Source: a virus
Lineage: Duplodnaviria > Caudoviricetes
Length of the DNA stretch: 64,000 nucleotides
Virus record (IMG/VR): IMGVR_UViG_3300025372_000014
Location: 1 to 64,000 of that record
Reading direction: 5' to 3' (one strand)
Shown: positions 9,007 through 17,718 of the stretch, piece by piece
Numbering within the stretch: position 1 is the first letter of the stretch
Layout: each line of letters begins with the position of its first letter
The notes under the pieces: generated by a model
The model's database searches: none
What the model was told of the DNA's origin: nothing
The model's input: the letters and a program-made list of their open reading frames with translations, nothing else
Position numbers and translations under genes: made by a program

Positions 9007-9579
9007 TCACGCAAGAGTTTTCTGCGAAAAACTTTTCCAGATCATAAGGTCAAAATCAGCAGGAGTCATCTCATGCTTCCACGCCTCAGTCAAGAAGATT
9101 GCCTCAAGGACAGCATACTTCTTTTTAGTAGGAGTTTGCTTGGGCGCACTATATCCTTGCTCTCGTAGCCACTTTAGGATATGCACATCCAGAACCGCAT
9201 GACGAGCATCCTTGCGAGAATGAAGGATAAAGAAACGCGCCGTCTTACTTCCGATTCCCTTAACGCTTTCTAGCTCCTCAACCGAAACAGTCTTGAGCTT
9301 GCCCTTGAACATTAAAATACCTTTAAAAGCCTGTTCGATCCTGTTGTACTGACCCAGCTTATGATGGCGCATTGCATTACGTAGCATTATCCAACTACCA
9401 CCGAATAGATATTCTAAATGTTCAAAAGGAGTAGCTTCACCCCTAGACGAAAGAAAGTTTTCTAACTTTTGTGCTTGCGTCTTTGCCGTCTTGCCAGCAA
9501 CGAGGATTGCGAACATGAGAAACTCCTCAAGTTCAGCTTCGGTACGATTGTAGTTGGTGATTTGGGTAGGGTCTATCAT
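9007..9579 (-). CDS. 8-oxoguanine DNA glycosylase/AP lyase-like protein (Ogg2/HhH-GPD)
   Basis: VKGIGSKTARFF (HhH with catalytic Lys), AVLDVHILKWL (catalytic Asp), YAVLE..F, DLMIW. Confidence 0.82.
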   Translation of the reverse strand: MIDPTQITNYNRTEAELEEFLMFAILVAGKTAKTQAQKLENFLSSRGEATPFEHLEYLFGGSWIMLRNAMRHHKLGQYNRIEQAFKGILMFKGKLKTVSVEELESVKGIGSKTARFFILHSRKDARHAVLDVHILKWLREQGYSAPKQTPTKKKYAVLEAIFLTEAWKHEMTPADFDLMIWKSFSQKTLA

Positions 9580-9693
9580 TCCCCTATACTATGCCTTCTT
9601 GCCTATAGGTACAAGCACATTTTTACAATTTGGTAAGTCGCGCATCCTCAAGCACTTACGTCGCCGGGCCCCGCCGGGCTGTCAAGGGCAAAG

Positions 9694-9767
9694 TGGAGCG
9701 CCGTACTGGAGTCGAACCAGTCTAACAGGTTTTGCAGACCCGTGCCTAACCGCTTGGCTAACGACGC
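9694..9767 (-). tRNA. tRNA-Cys (GCA)
   Basis: Cloverleaf; anticodon loop CTGCAAA; CCA encoded. Confidence 0.92.
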
Positions 9768-9771
9768 ATTG

Positions 9772-9843
9772 TGGAACCCTTGGGACTCGAACCCAAAACC
9801 AATACCTTAAAAGGGTACTGCTCTACCATTGAGCTAGGATTCC
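9772..9843 (-). tRNA. tRNA-Lys (UUU)
   Basis: Cloverleaf; loop CTTTTAA. Confidence 0.9.
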
Positions 9844-9848
9844 AAGAG

Positions 9849-9924
9849 TGGCGCATCGGGCAGGGATCGAACCTGCGACCAAGAGTTTAGAAAACTCCTG
9901 CTCTATCCACTGAGCTACCGACGC
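9849..9924 (-). tRNA. tRNA-Arg (UCU)
   Basis: Cloverleaf; loop TTTCTAA; CCA encoded. Confidence 0.92.
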
Positions 9925-9928
9925 ATAG

Positions 9929-10001
9929 TGCCCCCGGAGGGATTTGAACCCCCAACCAATCAGTTATGAGCCGACTGCTCTGACCATTGAGCTACAAGGG
10001 C
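9929..10001 (-). tRNA. tRNA with CAU anticodon, probably Ile2 (lysidine type), alternatively Met
   Basis: Cloverleaf; loop CTCATAA; TTCAA T loop and overall layout resemble ileX-type tRNAs; lacks the initiator GGG/CCC anticodon stem. Confidence 0.8.
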
Positions 10002-10006
10002 GAAAT

Positions 10007-10082
10007 TGGTAGTGATGGTGGGATTCGAACCCACACTACAGGCATTTTAAGTGCCTTGACTCTGCCGTTGGTCTACATCACC
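10007..10082 (-). tRNA. tRNA-Leu (UAA) with short variable loop
   Basis: Anticodon arm AGGCA-CTTAAAA-TGCCT; 76 nt; ACCA end. Confidence 0.85.
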
Positions 10083-10092
10083 ATATTCAAAA

Positions 10093-10560
10093 TTATTTCT
10101 TTTTATTTTTACCTCGGTAAGTAGACGTTTGAGCATGGCAGTTTGGGCATAGTAAGGTTAGATTTTCTAGTCTATTGTCATTGTTGATTCCATTGATATG
10201 TTCTAATTCTAAAGGTATTTGTTGCCCCTGCCAAGTTGTATTTTGGCATTTGTGACACTTTTTATCAATGAAACCATATTGAAGAATTCTTCTTTTTAGG
10301 CTGTAGGTAGAAAGATTATGTTTTCCGTTTGCAACAAAAACTTCTTCATTTTTATACCTTTTCGTCCAATCGTGAGTCTTTCCTTTTAAATGTGCTTTAC
10401 CAGTAAAATGAGATGAATCTATATTTAATCTTTTAATATTAAAATGAACTATCTTATAGTTTCCTCCAGCTGGCTTAAGGTTTAATTTTTTAAGTACCTG
10501 CGCTATAGAAAAAGACGATTTAACTGCTTCTATAAACTCTTGGTCAGTATAGGTAGACAT
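10093..10560 (-). CDS. HNH endonuclease (tRNA-flanking)
   Basis: CHKC...LELEHINGINNDNRLENLTLLCPNCHAQT. Confidence 0.92.
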   Translation of the reverse strand: MSTYTDQEFIEAVKSSFSIAQVLKKLNLKPAGGNYKIVHFNIKRLNIDSSHFTGKAHLKGKTHDWTKRYKNEEVFVANGKHNLSTYSLKRRILQYGFIDKKCHKCQNTTWQGQQIPLELEHINGINNDNRLENLTLLCPNCHAQTSTYRGKNKKK

Positions 10561-10595
10561 ATAAGTATATTACACTAATAAGTCTACCCTAAACA

Positions 10596-10787
10596 CTACT
10601 TGTCCTTCTTGACAAACTCTTTCTTTGATGCCTTTGGAACGCAGTCCAGAACCAACTGCTTGTTGTACAACTGCTCTGCTATCATTGCCTTCCACTCCTC
10701 GTCGGTCACCCCCTTGGGACGCTTTGCCCTGAACTTGGGCATTGAGTTTCGGGTTTTAGTGATAGATGGGTTTGGCCAGATGTGCAT
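10596..10787 (-). CDS. small basic hypothetical protein
   Basis: ORF; start may be 10742. Confidence 0.55.
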   Translation of the reverse strand: MHIWPNPSITKTRNSMPKFRAKRPKGVTDEEWKAMIAEQLYNKQLVLDCVPKASKKEFVKKDK

Positions 10788-10839
10788 ATTTTTAATTAAT
10801 TTTTTGGACGAATGGTTAATTCAAGTGTAATATCATTAT

Positions 10840-11337
10840 ATGAAGATTTGCGCTAACTGTCAAAGGAGTTTTTCATCTTGTTGTAAAATAGATGGAGTAA
10901 AAAAGAATTTGGGTGCAAGAAAGTTTTGTTTAGAATGCTCACCTTGGGGGCAGCACAATACACGAAGCATAGGTAAAAGAAAAAACTGCGTAATCTGTTC
11001 AAAAAAATTAGAAGGCAATCAAACTATTTATTGTTCTAGATCATGTACCATGAAAAAAGCCGGTAGATGGTATAAACAACAAAAAGATCGTGCTATACAG
11101 AGAAAGAAAGATCTCGTTAATCAGTTGGGTGGAAAATGTAGCAAATGTGATTACAATAAAAATTTGGCGGCATTAGATTTTCATCATTTAGACCCATCTA
11201 AAAAGGAGACGCCAATGAATCTAAGCTTTTTATTAAAGATGAATTGGGAAAAATGTCTCAAGGAAGTATCTAAATGTATTTTGCTTTGTGCTAATTGTCA
11301 TCGAGAACATCATAATCCGCAATATGAAAATTGGTAG
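10840..11337 (+). CDS. HNH endonuclease with N-terminal zinc fingers
   Basis: Several CxxC; LGGKCSKC..ALDFHH..KCILLCANCHREHH. Confidence 0.9.
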   Translation: MKICANCQRSFSSCCKIDGVKKNLGARKFCLECSPWGQHNTRSIGKRKNCVICSKKLEGNQTIYCSRSCTMKKAGRWYKQQKDRAIQRKKDLVNQLGGKCSKCDYNKNLAALDFHHLDPSKKETPMNLSFLLKMNWEKCLKEVSKCILLCANCHREHHNPQYENW

Positions 11338-11424
11338 TCCTAGAAGGATTCGAACCTTCACCACGCAGGCGTCTCCCCGCTTACACTGTATAAGAGTGCC
11401 GTTCTGCCGTTAAACTATAGGACT
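11332..11424 (-). tRNA. tRNA-Ile (UAU) with ~23-nt variable arm
   Basis: AGTCCTA/TAGGACT-ACCA; anticodon arm GCACT-CTTATAC-AGTGT; GAAGG-TTCGAAT-CCTTC. Confidence 0.82.
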
Positions 11425-11526
11425 ATATTCGTTTATTATATAGTAGTTTTGGGCTATAGTCTAGTTTAAACTTAAAGTTTTGTATTAATCATTACTAATT
11501 GAATAAAAATCCATAGCCTCAGTATT

Positions 11527-11727
11527 CTAGTACGAATCTTCGACATCTTCTTGACAGAGATGACAGCGGAAGATTGAATTGAGCGGATTCGTACGGTCTT
11601 CTTTAATTATAAAAAGATCTAAACTTCCGTCAAGTACTTGCTCGCCACAGTATGTAGTGTCGCAGTCTCTGCAGTAGAAACGCATGTCTTCAGTGACGCC
11701 TTTAGGTGATAGTATAGCAGCGCTCAT
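11527..11727 (-). CDS. small zinc-finger protein
   Basis: CRDC...CHLC. Confidence 0.6.
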   Translation of the reverse strand: MSAAILSPKGVTEDMRFYCRDCDTTYCGEQVLDGSLDLFIIKEDRTNPLNSIFRCHLCQEDVEDSY

Positions 11728-11939
11728 TGTAATTCGTGTATGTTTGTTTCTTCTATGGTTTCTTTGATTCGGTAGTATTCACTGATATGTGGAACATCTT
11801 TATAGTTCAGATGAAATTCGTCTTGTTTGTATAGTTCACGGGCCCTATCTTCAGCATCCTGTCTATTGCTATACTGACAAGAGTACCGGTCTGACCACTT
11901 GCGTCGATTGTAAACTTCTATAGTAAAGTATCTAGTCAT
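11724..11939 (-). CDS. hypothetical protein
   Basis: ORF overlapping the next gene by 4 nt. Confidence 0.6.
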   Translation of the reverse strand: MTRYFTIEVYNRRKWSDRYSCQYSNRQDAEDRARELYKQDEFHLNYKDVPHISEYYRIKETIEETNIHELQ

Positions 11940-11940
11940 A

Positions 11941-12135
11941 TTATTTCCAAGTGAAGACTGACATGGTTGGTCTATTGGTATTAGGAATCATATAGCTTGC
12001 ATACCCTCTCTTAATCGCTTCCTCTTGCAGGGGAGTAACATTGAAGTATTGCATTGAGCATAGTGCAATAAATCCTCCAATAAGCAAACCAATAAAGGTT
12101 GCTCCAACCATGTCGGTGTCGTCGTATGGTCTCAT
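11941..12135 (-). CDS. small membrane protein
   Basis: One hydrophobic segment; start moved to ATG 12135. Confidence 0.6.
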   Translation of the reverse strand: MRPYDDTDMVGATFIGLLIGGFIALCSMQYFNVTPLQEEAIKRGYASYMIPNTNRPTMSVFTWK

Positions 12136-12136
12136 A

Positions 12137-12439
12137 TTAAGAAACGATTCCGGTAGTTGTACCATCTGGATTGTGCGCGATAATCAAGCTATTAGCAAAC
12201 CCACGCATAATGCATCGCGGTTGTCGCTTTTGCTCATGACTCTCTACATCAAGGCCAATTGTTTTGATTTTATTTACAATGCGGCACGAACCTTCCCAGT
12301 GGATGGTTATGACATTCCTGCCCTGCTTGTGGGCTAACGGCTTATTGTAGTGGTAAAAGAAACGTTTGGGCTTAGGAGTTTTAATTCCATACTGCCATTC
12401 TTTAATAGCCTGTTCTTTAGAGATAGTGGGAGTTTTCAT
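12137..12439 (-). CDS. conserved phage hypothetical protein
   Basis: RFFYHYNKP..ITIHW...QPR.IMRG; TTGACA-17-TATAGT-7-ATG fixes the start at 12439. Confidence 0.7.
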   Translation of the reverse strand: MKTPTISKEQAIKEWQYGIKTPKPKRFFYHYNKPLAHKQGRNVITIHWEGSCRIVNKIKTIGLDVESHEQKRQPRCIMRGFANSLIIAHNPDGTTTGIVS

Positions 12440-12631
12440 GACCCTTACTATATGACTAGTTGGCCAGTGTGTCAAAGGAATTCTACAATTTGTTCATGTA
12501 AACGAAAGGCGACTTTCTATACATGTCAATGATCATATACAAAGAATCTTTATTTGTGTAAGCTTTTGATTATTAGAGATTTACGGCGCCGGGCTCCGCC
12601 GGGCGATATAACCTATTGATACCGAGGGGTT

Positions 12632-12705
12632 TCGGAGTGACAGGATTCGAACCTGCGACTTCTTGCTCCCAAAGCAAGCGCACTACCAAGCTGTGCTACA
12701 CTCCG
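12632..12705 (-). tRNA. tRNA-Pro (UGG)
   Basis: CGGAGTG acceptor; loop TTTGGGA. Confidence 0.92.
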
Positions 12706-12769
12706 TTAAAACCTTTACACGGAAATGCCGCCCTCGATACCCCTATCGAGGACGGCTATCCCCTATCCC

Positions 12770-13627
12770 TTATTTTCTCCGTGCGACAAACCTTCCCTTA
12801 TTGTCCCTGACATTGTGATAATGGTCGCCATTAGGCTTGACACCATAGTCCTCGTAGTCGTTGTAGTCGTCCTCCTCATTCTCGTCCTCATCCTCATCAT
12901 AGCCATCGTAGTAGCTATCGGGAAGCGGAGCGTCGAATGTACCGACAACCTCGTACCGAGAAGTACGCATCTTCTGGAAGTCGCAATCGTGAGGAACGCT
13001 GACCACATCAGCAGGATCAACCTTGACGATCACGACCCGACGATCACCACTACCAAAATTGGTAGCATACTCAAGCGAACCGACATGGAAGCCATAACTG
13101 CAACCCATGTTAGCATCGTCGCAAACCGAGTTGCGAGGCATTGATAGAACCTCACCAACCTTATTGCTGAACTTGCCAGAGTAGTGATCCATCCAGTCAG
13201 AACGGACGCTCTTATAGCCGAGGAAACAACCATCTGGCGTGATGGGCATATTTCCATGCTCAAGGAACGAGTAGAGTTCCGTAACACTACGCCGAGATGG
13301 ATTCTGCATCAGTCTGGTAAGAAACTTAACCAGAGGAGTAGGCGAGATTCCCTCCTTGATAAAAGCCAAAATCTTTTCCACGATGGTTCCATGCACCACT
13401 TCACCATTGAAGTAGACATGACCATTAACAACTTCGACACTACCCTCCGACCAATCGGAGACTACACTTGCCGTGTCGATGAGATCAAGGAGTTCCTGTT
13501 CGGTAACTCCCTGCTTGACTGCTTCGATAACACGACCCCAATTCTCATGCGAACTCTGTATCGTGTACGGAGTGCCGTTGAGGATTGCGGTAAGCGAGTT
13601 ATCAGTTAGGATGTATGGGATGTTCAT
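12770..13627 (-). CDS. rIIB: RIIB-like protein
   Basis: NPS..SVTELYSFL..PITPDGCFLGYK..VLSMPRNSVCDD..GCSYGFHVGS.EYA..VKVDPADVVSVP.D..KMR; downstream of rIIA. Confidence 0.9.
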   Translation of the reverse strand: MNIPYILTDNSLTAILNGTPYTIQSSHENWGRVIEAVKQGVTEQELLDLIDTASVVSDWSEGSVEVVNGHVYFNGEVVHGTIVEKILAFIKEGISPTPLVKFLTRLMQNPSRRSVTELYSFLEHGNMPITPDGCFLGYKSVRSDWMDHYSGKFSNKVGEVLSMPRNSVCDDANMGCSYGFHVGSLEYATNFGSGDRRVVIVKVDPADVVSVPHDCDFQKMRTSRYEVVGTFDAPLPDSYYDGYDEDEDENEEDDYNDYEDYGVKPNGDHYHNVRDNKGRFVARRK

Positions 13628-13820
13628 AACTCCCTCATCATCTACTTTTTTGCATAGGGTGACAAGATATTTTTACAAGAAAAATACGAATAGTCATAAG
13701 TCATTCGCTATCAACAAGTTACGGCACCGGGCCCCGCCCGGCGATGTTAGTAATATTAAATGAGTTGGGGATGGAGCCACACCACATAGCTCCACCCCCG
13801 TTCCCTCACCACAACAATCT

Positions 13821-16049
13821 TTAAGCGTTGAAGTAGCTTGCTATGACCTTGAAGAACTGGTCACTACCACCCCAACGGAAGTTTCTCTCTTCGATATAAG
13901 GAAGCAGAGGAAACCTAGCCTCAAACGCTTTGACACGACCAGCAATATCATTAGCAATCTTGGTAGCGTTATCGTTCTTCTTAACATTCTTGCCTTGGTC
14001 AAGACGATCAATCTTATCCATCATGGTAAGAGCAACCTGCTCCTTGGCTTTAGAGTTGTTATCGTTATTACGAGAGTTGATGCAAGCAAACAAGTCTTGT
14101 AGTGTCTTGCGATCATCGTCACTCTTGATGAGAGACAAGATCAAGTCTTGATGCTTTCTGTCTGTCATACGATAGAACGCAGAACCATTAAGCATCATGC
14201 AACCCAAACGATAGGCAAGCAACTTGTCGATGTCGATTGCGTTAGCAGAGATGTAGTTATCAAACTCTTCACGCATCTTATCCTCAACGCTAACCCATCC
14301 GCTACCAATCTTATTCTTGAGTTGACCACCTGTGAACCCAACAATAGTAGCAGGGTTAATCGTCTTGAATGGGGCAACTAATTCCTTGAGAGTGCTATTA
14401 CCGATTCTTTCACCATTAAGAACTGCTTGATAGTTATTGATCTGGATATAGATACCCGAACCAGTCTTTTGATCGACCGCACAATCCTTCCAAGAGCTAC
14501 GATCCCTCCAAGAGTTAATGCTAGGGTCGAGCATTAAAGCACCAGTACGCTTTGCCTTGGTAGTAGTGAACGATGCGGTATTGGTAGGCAGGGTAATCGT
14601 AGATGCAAACATGAAGTCCTCATCAGCAAACCCATTAGCCTTCTTGAGATCAGCAATCTCTGTAGCATATTGAGCATACTCCGTAGGCTTGAGAACCTTT
14701 GTGACTTCAACAGCACCCTGCTTCTCTACCTTCTGCATGGTCAACAGATAGACGCTCTCCTTATTAGATGCTTGGGAGGCAAGGTAACGACCATACCTAG
14801 CACCAGAGTTGTAATGCCCAAGGTCATTAAAAACTAATTTAATGTCATGCCTAGCTTGGAACTCGTTCATGTTGGTAGTCTGGATATTACCATTCCAGTT
14901 CTGACGATACCGCATCATGTGGAAGCGTAGCGTCTTGGTAGCGTCACGCTTTGTGATGTCAACATTATCAGAGGTGATAACCTTGCCGTTAAAGGTGATC
15001 TTTTTAACGATGTTACGGATGTGATAGAAACCGCTAACCATATTGTCCAACTCGGACATGAACTTTTTAGCAGAGTATTCGCTCTTGGCAGAGGCATTGA
15101 TCTGTTTCTGAATGTCATCCACCAGCACCTTGATGATCTCTCCTGCCTTCGTCTTGATATTGCCAATAGTCCTGTCGGTGTATTGCAAACCCTCACGACT
15201 TGCCGCAACATCCAAGTCACCGATACCAAAATCGACGACGATTGAACTATTGAACAAGTAACTGATCTGTGTGTCGAGATCATTACCAGCAACAAACTTT
15301 AATGCACTTCTGTCGATAGGGTATGCGATGTTACCCATGACTGCCATCGGGCGATTGTCCTCTAGGTTTTCATAAAAAGCCCAACCCCTGCCAGTAGAGA
15401 TAGGCTTGGCAAAAACCTTATCATACTCTGCCTTGTCCATGCCGATAATTTCGGGACGAACCTTAAAGAATCGGAGGTAACGCTTAACAGCCTTGGTGAA
15501 GTAGTTGGAGTCCTCGCCCTTAACTGGAATGACGATCTCTACACCATTCTCTTCCGTAGTGTCCTTGGTAGATAGCAGGGCAATCTGACCGATACCGCTA
15601 GGGTCGATGAAGGCATTATAGGAACGAACTTTGCCTTCGGTAAAGCTATTGATAACAAAGTTGTCACCATAAGCAAAAGCACTCTTTGAGCCTAGACCCA
15701 ACTGACCGATAAAAGCGTTGCTCTGACGCTTCGTGCTTTCTCCATAGAAGCAGTAGATGTCTTGAATGTCCTGCTCGGAAAGTCCACGACCAAAATCACG
15801 GATCTTGAAAACCTTTGACAAGGGACTAGGCATCGTGATCTTGATAGCAGTATTAGGCTTGCCAGCTTCGACATTAGCATCGTAGGCATTGGCAGAGTAT
15901 TCACGCACGACAGCACCGATCTTGTCGGTGTAAAGCTGATTGCGTAGAACATTGAAGATATGGGCGAGTCCAGTATCTTTGATGCCGAAACTGACGGCAG
16001 ACTTAATTCCCTTGGATTCTAGCGAGTTATATGTAGTGTTTTGGATCAT
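13821..16049 (-). CDS. rIIA: RIIA-like protein (GHKL ATPase N-terminal domain)
   Basis: LY..K..AVVREYSANAYDA, IRDFGRGL, YGESTK, IGQLGLGSKSAFAY; start set by the TTGTCA-17-TATTAT promoter. Confidence 0.9.
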   Translation of the reverse strand: MIQNTTYNSLESKGIKSAVSFGIKDTGLAHIFNVLRNQLYTDKIGAVVREYSANAYDANVEAGKPNTAIKITMPSPLSKVFKIRDFGRGLSEQDIQDIYCFYGESTKRQSNAFIGQLGLGSKSAFAYGDNFVINSFTEGKVRSYNAFIDPSGIGQIALLSTKDTTEENGVEIVIPVKGEDSNYFTKAVKRYLRFFKVRPEIIGMDKAEYDKVFAKPISTGRGWAFYENLEDNRPMAVMGNIAYPIDRSALKFVAGNDLDTQISYLFNSSIVVDFGIGDLDVAASREGLQYTDRTIGNIKTKAGEIIKVLVDDIQKQINASAKSEYSAKKFMSELDNMVSGFYHIRNIVKKITFNGKVITSDNVDITKRDATKTLRFHMMRYRQNWNGNIQTTNMNEFQARHDIKLVFNDLGHYNSGARYGRYLASQASNKESVYLLTMQKVEKQGAVEVTKVLKPTEYAQYATEIADLKKANGFADEDFMFASTITLPTNTASFTTTKAKRTGALMLDPSINSWRDRSSWKDCAVDQKTGSGIYIQINNYQAVLNGERIGNSTLKELVAPFKTINPATIVGFTGGQLKNKIGSGWVSVEDKMREEFDNYISANAIDIDKLLAYRLGCMMLNGSAFYRMTDRKHQDLILSLIKSDDDRKTLQDLFACINSRNNDNNSKAKEQVALTMMDKIDRLDQGKNVKKNDNATKIANDIAGRVKAFEARFPLLPYIEERNFRWGGSDQFFKVIASYFNA

Positions 16050-16199
16050 GGTGTTAGTAGTGTTGTGTGAGCCTTCATAATAGACTTTCTTGTATGGCAT
16101 GACAAGAATTATTTTCACAATTTTACAGGTATCTCTAAGTTGTTGAAAAGGAATGACTTACAGCGCCGGGCCCCGCCGGGCTAAAGGAGGGCCCATAAA

Positions 16200-16232
16200 C
16201 CAAAAAGAGCCCCCCAGTAAAGGAGGGCCCTT
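16200..16232 (-). terminator. probable intrinsic terminator
   Basis: GC-rich hairpin followed by a U-tract on the minus strand, after the peptide ORF. Confidence 0.55.
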
Positions 16233-16254
16233 ATCCCAGCCTCAAAGGAGGCCC

Positions 16255-16398
16255 CTAGTACCGATGCTTGTGAGTAGAAGCTCCAACTGAATGGTGTGAG
16301 CGACCGCTAGAAGAACTATGCTTCCACCCTGCGGCTTGCGCTCCAGAAACGCTCACGAAAAAGATTGCGGTAATGACGGCTAGGATTGTTTTATTCAT
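16255..16398 (-). CDS. secreted His/Ser/Gly-rich peptide (WKHS type), absent from the ORF track
   Basis: MNKTILAVITAIFFVSVSGAQA|AGWKHSSSSGRSHHSVGASTHKHRY; paralog at 27636-27791. Confidence 0.75.
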   Translation of the reverse strand: MNKTILAVITAIFFVSVSGAQAAGWKHSSSSGRSHHSVGASTHKHRY

Positions 16399-16564
16399 TG
16401 GTTGTGTATAGGTTGTATTTGTAGTTTTCTATTTTTCCATTGTTAAACATACGATAGTGCCAGTTACCATGGGTAACATCCATCATGTGTCCGAACAACA
16501 GAGAGTTCTTTGGATTATATTCATATCCAAATAGATTAAGGAGGAATGTGATGGGGTCTTTCAT
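16391..16564 (-). CDS. 57-aa hypothetical protein, absent from the ORF track
   Basis: MKDPITFLLNLFGY...YTTNE; stop overlaps the start of the peptide ORF. Confidence 0.6.
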   Translation of the reverse strand: MKDPITFLLNLFGYEYNPKNSLLFGHMMDVTHGNWHYRMFNNGKIENYKYNLYTTNE

Positions 16565-16589
16565 ATTTATAGTTTGTGGGTTTTTGTTT

Positions 16590-16849
16590 GGGACTGCAAG
16601 AAAATTGTCCCTGCCACTCCGTCGAGTGCTACCCCCAGATGAATCTCTTCACGCTGGGGTTGGTGACTGCACGATACGATTGCAGAACACACAGGGGGTT
16701 TTGCTCTCTGCTTTTAGCCCAGTTAATTATGCTGGACGCCGACTTGAGACGGTTAACTTCAAACGATCATTTGTCGCCTGCAAATTAGTAGCATTACAAA
16801 TTATTAAAGAGCTTCCTAGGTTGTGTCTTTAGAACTGCTAGGCCAGTCC
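16590..16849 (-). ncRNA. putative structured RNA or long structured leader, family unknown
   Basis: TTGACA-17-TACTAT promoter immediately upstream; 5' GGACUG pairs with 3' CAGUCC; at least five internal hairpins. Confidence 0.6.
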
Positions 16850-16868
16850 TTGTATTGTTATAGTAAAT

Positions 16869-17123
16869 CTATTTGCCCTCTGTGTCAACAGGTGTTTCAA
16901 AAAAACTAGAGTCCAATCCAAAATAGGAAAATAGCTCCCATAACTTCTCCTGTGCTATCTCCAAGCCTTTAACCGCATCAAAATCTTCAGTAGTTTTTAT
17001 TTCATCTTCCAAATAGTTTTGCATATTAATACAGACGGCGCGCCACTTCTGTCCATTTAAACAATCGGTCATTGGGACTTCCTCTTTGGGTAGAGAATAT
17101 TTAATATTAACTTCCATAGCCAT
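16869..17123 (-). CDS. conserved small phage protein
   Basis: Resembles 808-1032 (xLPxEE...NG.KW). Confidence 0.65.
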   Translation of the reverse strand: MAMEVNIKYSLPKEEVPMTDCLNGQKWRAVCINMQNYLEDEIKTTEDFDAVKGLEIAQEKLWELFSYFGLDSSFFETPVDTEGK

Positions 17124-17508
17124 AATAGGGATTTACGAATGCCAAATCCAATAAATAGGTTGGAGATTTACTAGCCAAATTCCCCTTAATAGCTGTATTA
17201 GCTAGCCCGATTTCCCCTAAATAGGGATTTACGCCCGATATCCCCCTAAATAGCTTTTTGGGAATACCCCTGTCCCCTTATATCAGAAACTAATATCATT
17301 TCTGTAGTACTAACTGGATGGATTGTTTGTATTTCCACTATATATTAGTATATCACTATTTGGACAGCTTGTCAAGCCATGTATCTATCTGGTAATCAAC
17401 GACTTACGAGACCGGGCCCCGCCCGGTGGGCGTTGTCTTACAAGTGATCAGTTAGGTAAGCGCATATAATTAAACCTACGGTAATTAGAGGGACTAGGTA
17501 TCGCATTT

Positions 17509-17718
17509 TCATTTTGCGTCCTCCGATCCGCCAAACATCTGATCCCACTCCTCGCCCGTGATGCCCGTCTTGTAGAACTCACGCTCGTCGGCGTTGAGGT
17601 TAGGGAAGGCGTTCTGTAGAAGCGCGCCGTTGGCGTAGGCTTCGACTTGAGCCTCGGTGATGTCGAGGTCGAGGGTGCGGGTGATCTGGGTGAAGGGAGA
17701 GGTACGGGTTACTTTCAT
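17509..17718 (-). CDS. conserved small phage protein at the repeat-polarity switch
   Basis: LLQNAFPNLNADEREF.KTGIT.EEW; leaderless promoter. Confidence 0.8.
   Translation of the reverse strand: MKVTRTSPFTQITRTLDLDITEAQVEAYANGALLQNAFPNLNADEREFYKTGITGEEWDQMFGGSEDAK

Noticed and set aside
16590-16849. tmRNA, RNase P RNA or group I intron
   Set aside because: No tRNA-like ends, no GAGGAAAGUCC-type RNase P motif, and no interrupted gene recognised.
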